NCBI GenBank assembly: GCA_964649235.1
Contig: CAZYOZ010000002.1
Location: forward strand, 4,542 to 68,541
Length of the DNA: 64,000 nt
Reading direction: 5' to 3'
Source: an uncultured Candidatus Bathyarchaeia archaeon
Lineage (GTDB): Archaea > Thermoproteota > Bathyarchaeia > 40CM-2-53-6
The position numbers and the translations under genes were made by a program. The notes below the pieces were generated by a model. That model did no database searches, had not been told where the DNA came from, and saw only the letters and a list, made by a program, of their open reading frames with translations. How positions within the stretch are numbered: the first letter of the stretch is position 1; each line of letters opens with the position of its first letter. This document shows, piece after piece, positions 1 to 9,114 of this stretch.

Positions 1-921
1 CTCTCCCTTCCGGCAGAGCAGTAGCCCCTCCATGTGATGCAGTTCCTTATAGTCGAAGGGATCGTAGGGCTCCGCGAAATCGATTTCCCTCCGGGGATTG
101 TGGATTCCTGCCATCGAATATGCCATGCGCGCGGCGTTCGCAACATATCGTGGGAAGTACAAGTCCCGGTTAGTCCAGTATGTTGTGTCAAGATTCCATC
201 CCACTCCATCGATCCACACAGGTGAATCAGTGATCTTCCGGGCCACGTCTTCGGATGCCAGAATGACGGCACATGCGCCATCGCTGACGGGGCTTATGTC
301 AAGTCTCTGCACTGGCCAGGCCATGACTTCTGAACTCAACACGTCTTGCAGGGTGACCTTCCGGGCAATCTGCGCCGATGGGTGGTCAAGGGCATTACGC
401 TTGTTTTTGACAGCCACCTGAGCGATATGCTCCTTCGGAATCTTGTGGACGTGCATATAGCGCTGCATTTCCAGCGCGAAGATCCAAATCAGGTTAGGGC
501 CGAGGGGTCTCTCCAGCATGTTGTCAAAGATCGTTAGAAAGGCGGTCTGAGGGTGAGGTAGGCAGCTAGACATCTTCTCCTCAGCAACAACAAGGCAGGT
601 GTCGAATAGTCCTGAGGCGACATGAAACCAGCCGTGTATGGGACTGAAGACGCCGGTTCCTCCGCCAACAAAGGCCCTAGAGTATGGCTTCCTCCAGCCG
701 CCTGCCCCATCGAGAAGGTACTCGCCTTTCATGTGTACGCCATCAAAGGCATCTGGGGCACTGCCCATGCTGACTGAATCAATGTCCTCAATTCGCAGCT
801 TGGCTGAGTCAAGGGCCTGCCGGACCGCTTCGAAAGCCAATTCCTTTCCAGTTTCCTGCGCCCTGCGCATGAATTTGGTCATACCGGCGCCGACTACTGC
901 AACTCGTTTCTTGATGTTCAT
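1..921 (-). CDS. Thiolase-fold protein (SCP-x/archaeal thiolase-like); C-terminus lies beyond the window edge
   Basis: Absent from the ORF track because it runs off the window. Reverse translation from the ATG at 919-921 is open for all 307 codons: MNIKKRVAVVGAGMTKFMRRAQETGKELAFEAV...DGACAVILASEDVARK...FAEPYDPFDYKELHHMEGL. It aligns with the two neighbouring thiolase paralogs. Gly sits at the nucleophile position (FVGGGTGVF versus EGACASSS). Confidence 0.8.
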   Translation of the reverse strand, partial: MNIKKRVAVVGAGMTKFMRRAQETGKELAFEAVRQALDSAKLRIEDIDSVSMGSAPDAFDGVHMKGEYLLDGAGGWRKPYSRAFVGGGTGVFSPIHGWFHVASGLFDTCLVVAEEKMSSCLPHPQTAFLTIFDNMLERPLGPNLIWIFALEMQRYMHVHKIPKEHIAQVAVKNKRNALDHPSAQIARKVTLQDVLSSEVMAWPVQRLDISPVSDGACAVILASEDVARKITDSPVWIDGVGWNLDTTYWTNRDLYFPRYVANAARMAYSMAGIHNPRREIDFAEPYDPFDYKELHHMEGLLLCRKGE

Positions 922-926
922 TGATC

Positions 927-2078
927 TCACTTGTTGCTCAGCACAATAACCGCGCCACTGGTCGTGGGCAACCCTCTCCAGGACTGTGCGACGCCTGTTT
1001 GGACACCGTGAATCTGATGAGCTCCTGCTTCTCCGCGAAGTTGAAGGGCTAGTTCTATGACTCTGACAAGGCCATTCATCTCAAGCGTATTGCCCATCCC
1101 GAGGCTCCCCCCAGACGGATTTACAGGAAGTGTGCCGTCACGGTCGAAGTCGCCGTGCTCCAGAAGCTCGTGAGCCTTTGAGTGTCCTGCCAGGCCTATT
1201 GCCTCAGCATGCTGGAGTTCTTTGTATGAATAGGTATCGTCAATTTCAGCGACTTGGATGTCTTGCATCGGGTTCTGTATTCTCGCCATTTTGTAGGCCT
1301 GTCTGGCGGCGAGTTTTGCATAGGTGGCCTCGGACCACTCCCGCGTTTCAAGGGTGGGACTGTCTGATGACCAGCCGACTCCAGCAATCCATACCGGGTC
1401 GTCTCGAAAATTCCTTGCAGCTTCCTCTGAGGCAAGAACGGCTACTGCAGCGCCATCAGCGACTGGCGCAATGTCGTGGCTACTGAGCGGATATGAGATC
1501 GGCTCAGAATGGGACAGCTCATAGGGGTCCAGTTTCGCACCGTTCATTGCAAGGCTATTCAAGAGTGCGTTTCCTCTGTTCTTCGCGACTACCCTTCTGA
1601 GGGAACTGATGGGGGCTGCTCGTGAATGCAGGAACTTGTTCATTTCTAAGCCTGCGATGAATGATGCATTGAGCCCAAGAGGACGTGTGTATATCGGGTC
1701 GAGGGAAAGGTCGTATATCGAGTCGAGGTTCTTGATGTCCGATGCCTTGCTGTGTGCTTCCACGGCAACCACATCGAAAAGACCAGTCAATATTTGCATG
1801 TATGCAGTGGCGAGGCCGTACATTCCATCTGCCGATATCGTGCAGACCGGTTTTAGGGCACCGCCTATCTGGTCTGGAACGTATTCATCAAAGATGCTGG
1901 TTCCTTCCCAGAAATCCTCTGAAGAGCAGACGAAACTCTCCACATCCTTTCTTGGGTCTACCCTAGCGTCCTCGTATGCTTTGATAGCCGCTTCGAACAT
2001 CAGCTCCTTGTAGGAAACCTCAGGCGTCGAACGTCTCAATTGGGTGATCCCGATGCCGAGCACAGCAACCCTTCTCAG
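927..2078 (-). CDS. Thiolase-fold paralog lacking canonical catalytic residues; start proposed at CTG 2078 (the track starts at GTG 2063)
   Basis: The 378-aa track ORF has thiolase-like blocks (DGAAVAVLASEEAA, VNPSGGSLGMG). Ser aligns with the nucleophilic Cys, and GNT replaces the GHP histidine motif. The upstream in-frame sequence LRRVAVLGIGIT matches the usual thiolase N-terminus and is preceded by GGGAGGA plus 6 nt. Confidence 0.8.
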   Translation of the reverse strand: MRRVAVLGIGITQLRRSTPEVSYKELMFEAAIKAYEDARVDPRKDVESFVCSSEDFWEGTSIFDEYVPDQIGGALKPVCTISADGMYGLATAYMQILTGLFDVVAVEAHSKASDIKNLDSIYDLSLDPIYTRPLGLNASFIAGLEMNKFLHSRAAPISSLRRVVAKNRGNALLNSLAMNGAKLDPYELSHSEPISYPLSSHDIAPVADGAAVAVLASEEAARNFRDDPVWIAGVGWSSDSPTLETREWSEATYAKLAARQAYKMARIQNPMQDIQVAEIDDTYSYKELQHAEAIGLAGHSKAHELLEHGDFDRDGTLPVNPSGGSLGMGNTLEMNGLVRVIELALQLRGEAGAHQIHGVQTGVAQSWRGLPTTSGAVIVLSNK

Positions 2079-2193
2079 ACCTTATCCTCCCACTTTCCTA
2101 TGAGCAACTGCCTCCAAAATTTAAGCTAATCCAGATGATCACACTCTGTCGGACACGATTCCCATCTTGCAAATGTTACAATAGGTTCATTAT

Positions 2194-3423
2194 TTGCAAC
2201 AGTCATTCGTCCGCGAGGTATCTCGGAAGGGTTTTAGGGATTTGGTTCGTGGCGGAGAACCCATCGCAAGCATCGTTTCAGCCGGCGTTTCGAAGTTCGG
2301 CGTTCGTGAAGGACTGTACGTTCGCGAGCTCTTTGAGGAGGCCGCGAAAGAAGCATTCGGACGTTGTCCGAATCTTGACCCTCGGCGGGATATACAGGCA
2401 CTATTCACGGGCATGATGAGTGAATCCTACGAGCATCAGGCGCACGTCGCGCCTCTCTTGTTGGACTGGATAGGGCTCCTGCCAATTCCAGCGTTCCGAA
2501 CGGAAGGAGCATGTGCGTCATCGAGCGTTGCCCTGAGAAGTGCTCTGTTCGCGATTCGTTCGGGGATGTTCAATGTGGTCCTGGTCGGAGGGGTTGAGAA
2601 AATGACCCACCTCAGTACTACTGGTGTGACGGAGATCTTAGCTATGGCCTCGGACTTTCCTTTCGAGCAGTGGCATGGAATCTCATTTCCCGGAATCTTT
2701 GGCATGATGGCAGTGGATCACATGCACCGGTACGGAACTACTGAAGAACAACTTGCGTTGGTTGCGGTCAAGAACCACGACCATGGCGCCATGAACCCGA
2801 AGGCACACTTCCAAAAGCGGATCACCGTTCAGGACGTGCTTTCGTCCCACCCGGTGGCCTGGCCACTCAAGCTCTATGACTGCTGCCCAAGAACAGACGG
2901 AGCGAGTTGCCTAGTACTCACTTCGCCAGAGGTGGCTAGAAAGTTTACCGACACTCCAGTGCACATCATAGGCTCTGGCCAAGCACAGGATACTCTGAGC
3001 CTTTTTGGCCGTGAGAGTTTCAGCACGATGAAGGTCACCAAGCTGGCGGCACAGCAAGCCTATGGGATGGCTCGATTGGGCCCCAAGGACATTGATGTTG
3101 CGGAGTTGCATGATTGCTTCACAATTGCTGAGATCATCGCATACGAAGACCTAGGGTTCTGTGGCCCAGGCGAGGGAGGCAAGCTCGTGCAAGATGGGCA
3201 AACCAGGATTGGCGGAAGAATCCCTTGTAACACAAGCGGAGGACTGAAGGCCAAAGGCCACCCTGTAGGAGCTACAGGGATAGCCCAAGCATACGAGATC
3301 TACCTCCAGCTTACCAATCAAGCGGGGCGGAGACAAGTTTCAGCTGCCGAGATAGGCCTGACCGAGAATGTCGGTGGGGCAGCGTCCACTGGGGTCGTTC
3401 ACGTGTACGGGAGGGGCGACTGA
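2194..3423 (+). CDS. Acetyl-CoA C-acetyltransferase (archaeal-type thiolase) with canonical active site
   Basis: 409-aa ORF. It carries EGACASSSVALRSA (nucleophilic Cys) and NTSGGLKAKGHPVGATG (His motif). The true start may be the internal TTG at 2242, giving MVRGGEPIASIVSAG. Confidence 0.85.
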   Translation: MQQSFVREVSRKGFRDLVRGGEPIASIVSAGVSKFGVREGLYVRELFEEAAKEAFGRCPNLDPRRDIQALFTGMMSESYEHQAHVAPLLLDWIGLLPIPAFRTEGACASSSVALRSALFAIRSGMFNVVLVGGVEKMTHLSTTGVTEILAMASDFPFEQWHGISFPGIFGMMAVDHMHRYGTTEEQLALVAVKNHDHGAMNPKAHFQKRITVQDVLSSHPVAWPLKLYDCCPRTDGASCLVLTSPEVARKFTDTPVHIIGSGQAQDTLSLFGRESFSTMKVTKLAAQQAYGMARLGPKDIDVAELHDCFTIAEIIAYEDLGFCGPGEGGKLVQDGQTRIGGRIPCNTSGGLKAKGHPVGATGIAQAYEIYLQLTNQAGRRQVSAAEIGLTENVGGAASTGVVHVYGRGD

Positions 3424-3425
3424 AA

Positions 3426-3881
3426 TTGGAAATCACCAGAACCGCGATCAAACCCCCGGATGATGAGTTTGTTCGTGATGAGAGCGGCTCCATAATGCCA
3501 ACAGTCGAAAACTTCTACAAGTTCTGCGCCCAGCGCAGGCTAATGGGAGTGAAATGCACCCGATGCGGTGCAGTAATATGTCCTCCTCGGGGTATCTGCC
3601 CGAACTGTTTCTCCGAGAAGTTCGAATGGACCGAGCTGAGGGGTAACGGCAAGCTGCTGACCTACACGATAATACACTTTCCGCCAGCTCAGTTCCAAGC
3701 ACTCGCACCATATGCCGTTGGCATAGTGGAGCTTGACGAAGGCCCGCAGCTGCCGGGGATGATAAAGAACATCAAACTTGAGGAACTCAAAATTGGCATG
3801 GCGCTTCAAATTGATTTTGAAACAGCCTTGCCCAAGGAATGGCCCCGTTGGCCTCGGTATTTCTTCAGGTCTTCGAGCTAG
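3426..3881 (+). CDS. DUF35-type Zn-ribbon/OB-fold protein (thiolase partner/scaffold)
   Basis: 151 aa. It has a CTRCGAVICPPRGICPNC zinc ribbon followed by an OB-fold-like region (YAVGIVELDEGPQLPGMI). It starts 3 nt after the thiolase stop, and GGGAGGGG lies upstream. Confidence 0.85.
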   Translation: MEITRTAIKPPDDEFVRDESGSIMPTVENFYKFCAQRRLMGVKCTRCGAVICPPRGICPNCFSEKFEWTELRGNGKLLTYTIIHFPPAQFQALAPYAVGIVELDEGPQLPGMIKNIKLEELKIGMALQIDFETALPKEWPRWPRYFFRSSS

Positions 3882-4024
3882 GAGACATTCAGCCAATTCG
3901 ATGATCGGTCTGAGCCCTTCGCCGTATGAACGGACTATTCCTAAAGGAATTAAGGCCTACCGAAATTATTAATATTGGAATAGGGTGATGGGCCGCTTTC
4001 AAATCGGTCTAGAAGGCAGGTCTA

Positions 4025-4981
4025 GTGGAGGCGCATCTGACAGGCATATTTCCTCGGTCTGACCAGCTGGTCGAGGCGACCAGGGCCGCTGACCGCGGCA
4101 AGGCGACACAACAGGATGTGGACAACGCCGTCCACCTAGACGTCCGAAAACTCCTGGACCTGCAAAGAACAGCGGGCTTGGACCTTCTCGTAGACGGTCA
4201 GCTTAACTGGCAGGACCTCTTCAGGCCGTTCTCTGAGCTATTCTTCGGAATACACCCTGGCCGCCTAGCGCGCTGGTTCGATAACAACACCTTCTACAGA
4301 GAACCCATCGTGACGGATAAGGTAGCATTTCGGGGCAATGGCCTTCGCAGATATTTTCAAAGTCAACTTGTCAGAGAGCAAACCGGGCTGAAAGCCATCC
4401 TGCCCGGGCCCTTCACGTTCGCGGTCATGTCGCAAAACAACGCATACCAAACGCTGGCGGATCTAGTTGATGACCTGGCTCACGCGACCAAAGACACTGT
4501 CGCGAAACTCGTCTCCCTAGGCTACAGATGCGTCCAATTCAATGACCCTCAGCTATGCTACAAAGGGTCTTCACAGGATGCCTGGGTGCTCGCAAGAAAC
4601 GCCTATGATACCTGTGCCAAAGGCACCGGAGCAGTAACTGTTCTTCACACTTATTTCGGCGACGCAGGTCCCGTAACCGGCGAATTGCTGAATTTCACGG
4701 TTGACTACATCGGATTTGATTTGTATTCTACGTCTCTTGAGTCGGTTGCACAACATGACTGTGACAAAGGGATAGGTTGTGGCTGCGTCGACGGCAGGAA
4801 TTCACTTCTCGAATCGCCCGAGGATATCCGCAGCTTGATATCTCGCGTAGCAGAGAAGCTCAACCCGAAAGACCTTTTCCTGTGCCCCAACTGTGATCTA
4901 GAGTTTCTCCCGTACACAGTGGCAGAGAAGAAACTCCAACTCCTCGGGTCCGCAAAGAGGCTGGTGAGTCAGCAGGAATGA
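4025..4981 (+). CDS. MetE N-terminal-domain-like protein (non-catalytic half of a split cobalamin-independent methionine synthase)
   Basis: 318 aa with a GTG start and a MetE-family barrel-like sequence (GIFPRSDQLVEA..., LLVDGQLNWQD). The His/Cys zinc triad is absent. Its stop overlaps the start of the next gene (ATGATG). Confidence 0.65.
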   Translation: MEAHLTGIFPRSDQLVEATRAADRGKATQQDVDNAVHLDVRKLLDLQRTAGLDLLVDGQLNWQDLFRPFSELFFGIHPGRLARWFDNNTFYREPIVTDKVAFRGNGLRRYFQSQLVREQTGLKAILPGPFTFAVMSQNNAYQTLADLVDDLAHATKDTVAKLVSLGYRCVQFNDPQLCYKGSSQDAWVLARNAYDTCAKGTGAVTVLHTYFGDAGPVTGELLNFTVDYIGFDLYSTSLESVAQHDCDKGIGCGCVDGRNSLLESPEDIRSLISRVAEKLNPKDLFLCPNCDLEFLPYTVAEKKLQLLGSAKRLVSQQE

Positions 4982-6108
4982 TGGGCAAGCTCTTCCCTAC
5001 TCAAGACATCGGCAGTCTACCAAAGGCACCATGGCTGCTGTCGTTCCTGAGAGGTAAAGAAATCACATCATCGGATTTCGAGCATCTGAGAAAATGGGTT
5101 AGGGTTTCGGGTTTCGAAGAGGAGTCACAGACTCTTTCCTTGCTCGCAGGTCCAAGAACGGCCGAGGCTAAAGAGAATGTCCGAAAGCTTGCCTCCATGT
5201 TCTCAGTGCGATTCCTGGAATCGACGGGCCTGGACTATGTGTACGACGGGGAAGCGAACCGAATCGAGATGTACGAGCATCCAGTCCGCAATTCTGATGG
5301 CTTTCAATTCCATGGCAACGTCCGGTCCTTCGACAATAAATACTACAGAAAAGCCGCCTGCGTCGGCAAGGTCGGATTCCGAAAGCCATACCATCTAGAC
5401 GAGTTTCTCACCGTCAAGCAGTACGCCAGGAAGGGAATCAAGGTTCCCGTGACGGGACCGTACACGATAGCTGAGTGGTCATTCAATGAATTCTATCAAA
5501 AACGTTTGACGCCCGCGTACACCGATCTCAGGAAACTCAAGCATGAAGCGAAGCGGGAATTCGTCCTAGATGTGGCGAAGGAAATTATTCGTCCAAACTT
5601 GGAGGCTTTGGTTGAAGAGGGCGCAAGCTGGGTCCAGTTTGACGAACCTGCCGTGACAACAAAACCTGATGAGGTGCCGCTTTTTGTTGAGGCCTTCAAC
5701 GAGAGCACTGCTGGGATAGACTGCAAGTTCAGTGTGCACATTTGCTACAGCGATTATCGGGTTCTCTACCCCCACATCACAGATTTGAGGAACTGCAGCC
5801 AGTTAGCGTTGGAATTCGCCAACCGAGACGGAAAGAAGAGTCTATCATACGACCAGTTGGATTTGCTGAACGAGTACGATGACCACCGAGAGATCGGGCT
5901 GGGAGTGGTAGATGTTCATGTTGACGACGTGGAAAGCCCGGAACTTATTCGTGACAGAATCCTTCATGCAACCAAGATATTGAAGGACCCCCAGAGAATC
6001 TACGTCAACCCAGATTGCGGCCTTCGGACCCGCACTTGGGATATTGCTCACGCGAAGTTGTGTAGCCTTGTCAGGGGGGCGGAGATGGCGAGGCAGCTGA
6101 TCGCGTGA
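4978..6108 (+). CDS. metE: Cobalamin-independent methionine synthase catalytic domain (core MetE)
   Basis: 376 aa. Zinc-ligand motifs are VHICYSDY (His-x-Cys) and NPDCGLRTR (Cys). N-terminal PTQDIGSLPK is typical of the family. Confidence 0.8.
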   Translation: MMGKLFPTQDIGSLPKAPWLLSFLRGKEITSSDFEHLRKWVRVSGFEEESQTLSLLAGPRTAEAKENVRKLASMFSVRFLESTGLDYVYDGEANRIEMYEHPVRNSDGFQFHGNVRSFDNKYYRKAACVGKVGFRKPYHLDEFLTVKQYARKGIKVPVTGPYTIAEWSFNEFYQKRLTPAYTDLRKLKHEAKREFVLDVAKEIIRPNLEALVEEGASWVQFDEPAVTTKPDEVPLFVEAFNESTAGIDCKFSVHICYSDYRVLYPHITDLRNCSQLALEFANRDGKKSLSYDQLDLLNEYDDHREIGLGVVDVHVDDVESPELIRDRILHATKILKDPQRIYVNPDCGLRTRTWDIAHAKLCSLVRGAEMARQLIA

Positions 6109-6109
6109 C

Positions 6110-7027
6110 GTGGCAGCGCGGAAGCGCATGACTAAGATAAGCGAACTTTTCTCGAAAAAGGGATCTCTGCTCAGCACCGAATTCCTTCCTCCAAGAGCGC
6201 CTAGGCTCTCTGAGCTCGTGAAGAAAACGCTCGAAGTAGCCAGTGTCGTTGATTCAGTCAGTCTGCCAGAGTTGAAAGCAAATGAGCGTAATGGGCTTCG
6301 CAAGCATAGGATGAACCCTTTCTACGCGGCGTTAAGGCTCAGGGATCTCACGGGAGTCGAAACTGTCTTTCACATAACTCCGCGCGACTACAACAAGAAC
6401 GCGATAGCAGGGATACTACTAGCGGCAGCAGAGGCCAACCTACAAAATATCCTTGTAGTCAGCGGTGACAGGTATTCCGCAGCGGAAGAGGCCACCCTGT
6501 CGAAAAACGTGTACGACTTCCATGGAACCTTAGACATCATAGCCGCGATAAAGTCCTTGGAGAAGGATGCCGGAATCGTGCCGACAGGAGGGTTCTGCGT
6601 TGTTGTGGGGGTTGATCCGTCTGTCGTATACACCAAAGATGAAGCGAAAATCGAGGCCGAAATATCGAAGTTGATTGAACGACAAGAATCTGGAGCCGAA
6701 CTCGTTCAGACTCAGCCAGTCTTTGACATGCGTTTCTTGGAGTTCTTTGATGCCGCACGTGAACACGGCCTGCGAATTCCTGTTCTGGTCGGAATTCTGC
6801 CACTGCGAGGACGAGATGACTCGACGGAAATAGAGAGGCGGTACGGGATCAGGATTCCGAACGACGTGAAATCCGCGCTGCACGACATTGATGAGGAGGC
6901 TGGAAAACAAGCAGCTCTGGAACTGGCCTCAAGTTTGGTCAGAAATGGCGTTCGCGGTTTGCATGTTTACCCGCGTGAGGACTGCGATTTTGTCCTCCGC
7001 GTGGCCAGAGCGGCTTTCGGCTCATAG
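6110..7027 (+). CDS. metF: Methylenetetrahydrofolate reductase family protein
   Basis: 305 aa with MTHFR-like blocks (LSTEFLPPRAP, VFHITPRD, ILVVSGD, LVQTQPVFD). It sits immediately after metE. Confidence 0.7.
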   Translation: MAARKRMTKISELFSKKGSLLSTEFLPPRAPRLSELVKKTLEVASVVDSVSLPELKANERNGLRKHRMNPFYAALRLRDLTGVETVFHITPRDYNKNAIAGILLAAAEANLQNILVVSGDRYSAAEEATLSKNVYDFHGTLDIIAAIKSLEKDAGIVPTGGFCVVVGVDPSVVYTKDEAKIEAEISKLIERQESGAELVQTQPVFDMRFLEFFDAAREHGLRIPVLVGILPLRGRDDSTEIERRYGIRIPNDVKSALHDIDEEAGKQAALELASSLVRNGVRGLHVYPREDCDFVLRVARAAFGS

Positions 7028-7540
7028 CGGTTCAAACACGATCAGAATTGAATCCCGTTTGACTGGTGATCCCTCTTCCACATGAATTGATTTGATTCTG
7101 CCAGGTCGAGGCGAAACGATCTCATTCTGCATCTTCATGGCCTCCATCATGATTAGCGGAGTACCAACATCGACCTCGTCGCCCTGCCTTACAAGAATAC
7201 TCGTAACACGCCCTGGCATTACTGCTCTAATCTCTTCAGCCGTAATCACTCCGGGTCGTTCCTCTCTCGCGACAGCTTCTGCAGCAGGACTCACCGTCTG
7301 TACTGTTGCCGAGAATGGTAGGCCAGAAAGCCACACCTCCACTCTGTTGCCCTGTCGGATTTTCGCACGTGCGCGAATCAGTCTGCTTGGCCCGCGTATT
7401 AGCAAATGCGTAGGTTCGTCTGTTACTGCCTCGCATTCAAATATAGCATCGTTCAGCCTCACCTGGAATTTACCGTCCAGGCTCCGATCTACGGACAGTG
7501 CATACGATTTGTTATCGATCTCTACTCTGAAGCTGACCAT
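7022..7540 (-). CDS. accB: Biotin carboxyl carrier protein of acyl-CoA carboxylase
   Basis: 172 aa. The C-terminal biotinyl domain carries the EAMKMQNEI biotin-attachment motif. It directly abuts the accC stop. Confidence 0.9.
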   Translation of the reverse strand: MVSFRVEIDNKSYALSVDRSLDGKFQVRLNDAIFECEAVTDEPTHLLIRGPSRLIRARAKIRQGNRVEVWLSGLPFSATVQTVSPAAEAVAREERPGVITAEEIRAVMPGRVTSILVRQGDEVDVGTPLIMMEAMKMQNEIVSPRPGRIKSIHVEEGSPVKRDSILIVFEPL

Positions 7541-9052
7541 CTACAACTCCACCTTGCTCGTCGCTCGCATGGACTCAGCCAAGGCGATTGTCCGCCACCT
7601 TGATCCGGAGATTGCCTGTCGCTCGCCTGTCCGAACATGCGGACTCAGCATTTTTTCCACAGCAGCCGCCGCCGCGGCTAGCTTTTCAATTTCGACCAGC
7701 TCAGCGTTCATATACGGCAAGACTCGATCAAGGTACGCTGTATCAAATGCTCCCCGAACGAAATTCTCATCCCGCATTATTGCCTTATGAAGAGGCAACG
7801 TTGTAGCGATTCCCGCTATTTCAAACTCATCCAGTGCAACATTCATCCGTTGAATCGCTTCTGCCCTGCTCCTCCCCCACGCTGCCAGCTTTGCGATCAT
7901 TGAGTCATAGTATTCGGAAACTACGTAGCCCGCGTAGAGTGCAGAGTCGATTCTTATGCCGGGTCCAGAGGGCGGCTGAAACTGGATTATCCTACCTGGG
8001 GAAGGAGCAAATCCTCGCCTCGGGTCTTCAGCATTAATTCTGCAGTTAATGGCCCAACCCTGAACGCTGACCTCATTCTGGGTGAGGTTTAGCGTTCCAT
8101 CGAACGCTACTCTCAGCTGCTCTTCTACCAAGTCAATGCCCGTTGTAAGTTCAGTAACGAGATGCTCAACCTGCAGGCGCTTGTTTACTTCAAGGAAGTA
8201 GAATTTCCCGAATTGGTCGAGCAAAAATTCTACTGTGCCAGCGTTTGTATACCCTGCTGCCGCCAGACCCTTCTTCGCAGCGTCGCTCAGGGCTTGACGC
8301 GCCTCATCATTCAACGCTGTCGAAGGCGCCTCTTCCAGAAGTTTCTGATGCCTGCGCTGTATGCTGCACTCCCTTTCACCCAGCGTCACTATTTTCCCAT
8401 TGCCGGCTGCGACCGCTTGAACTTCTACATGGCGCGGGTTCATGAGCAACTTCTCGATGTAGACTTCATCCCTTCCAAAGGCCGCCGCGGATTCAACCCT
8501 TATGACTCTGTAGAAGCGGCGGACATCATCGCCTGACCTCGCGACGCGCATACCGCGTCCTCCACCTCCATAAACTGCTTTCAGGACGACTGGGTAACCG
8601 ATTTTGTCGCAGACGGCCAGGGCCTCCTCTTCATCGTTCACCGGACCGTCGGACCCGGGTATTACTGGGATAGAGGCATCGTGCATTGTCCGCCTGGCAG
8701 TGAGCTTGTTCGCGAGCTTTTCCAATGCCGAACTGGTTGGCCCAACGAATGCCAAGCCTTTCTCCTCACAGGCCCGGACAAATGCGGGATCTTCGGCCAG
8801 GAAGCCATAGCCTGGATGTATTCCATCGCAACCTGTTTTGAGGGCTGCGTCGATGATTTTGAAGACACTGAGGTAGCTTTCAGCGGGCGTTGCCCCGCCT
8901 ATGGGGTACTTTTCAGTCACGTAATAGATCGGTAGCGATTCTGCGTCAGGGTCGGAGTGAACAAGAACCGTTCGAACACCCAACTTTTTGCATGTTCTGA
9001 TGATTCGGAGGGCAATCTCGCCTCTGTTGGCAATCAGTAACTTGACTCTCAT
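7541..9052 (-). CDS. accC: Biotin carboxylase subunit of acetyl-/propionyl-CoA carboxylase
   Basis: 503 aa starting MRVKLLIANRGEIALRIIRT, with an ATP-grasp GGGGRGMR loop. GGGAGGTGA lies upstream. Confidence 0.92.
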   Translation of the reverse strand: MRVKLLIANRGEIALRIIRTCKKLGVRTVLVHSDPDAESLPIYYVTEKYPIGGATPAESYLSVFKIIDAALKTGCDGIHPGYGFLAEDPAFVRACEEKGLAFVGPTSSALEKLANKLTARRTMHDASIPVIPGSDGPVNDEEEALAVCDKIGYPVVLKAVYGGGGRGMRVARSGDDVRRFYRVIRVESAAAFGRDEVYIEKLLMNPRHVEVQAVAAGNGKIVTLGERECSIQRRHQKLLEEAPSTALNDEARQALSDAAKKGLAAAGYTNAGTVEFLLDQFGKFYFLEVNKRLQVEHLVTELTTGIDLVEEQLRVAFDGTLNLTQNEVSVQGWAINCRINAEDPRRGFAPSPGRIIQFQPPSGPGIRIDSALYAGYVVSEYYDSMIAKLAAWGRSRAEAIQRMNVALDEFEIAGIATTLPLHKAIMRDENFVRGAFDTAYLDRVLPYMNAELVEIEKLAAAAAAVEKMLSPHVRTGERQAISGSRWRTIALAESMRATSKVEL

Positions 9053-9114
9053 AGTTGGCGAGACTCACCTCCCTTGATTCGCACCCAAGAAGCTGCCTGT
9101 AGCGTGGACCAATG

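Noticed and set aside
927-2063. The thiolase-fold gene next to thiolase+DUF35 might be the expected HMG-CoA synthase.
   Set aside because: The sequence aligns along its length with SCP-x/archaeal thiolases (DGAAVAVL, NPSGG blocks). It does not align with HMG-CoA synthase motifs, so it is treated as a divergent thiolase paralog.
3935-3952. The inverted repeat ATTCC-N4-GGAAT upstream of the metE-like genes as a methionine or SAM regulatory site.
   Set aside because: It is a single short 5-bp half-site pair with no second copy, so it cannot be distinguished from chance.
7092-7790. Long ORFs antisense to confirmed genes. Examples: 7092-7790 (232 aa) opposite accB/accC, 10777-11370 opposite pccB, 25461-26126 opposite OFOR alpha, 29474-30076 opposite cdvB, 5845-6303 opposite metE/metF, and 49574-50083 opposite the polyferredoxin.
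   Set aside because: Their composition is low-complexity and rich in Ser/Arg/Pro. They carry no motifs. They lie entirely within strongly supported genes on the other strand, which is typical of shadow ORFs in moderately GC-rich DNA.
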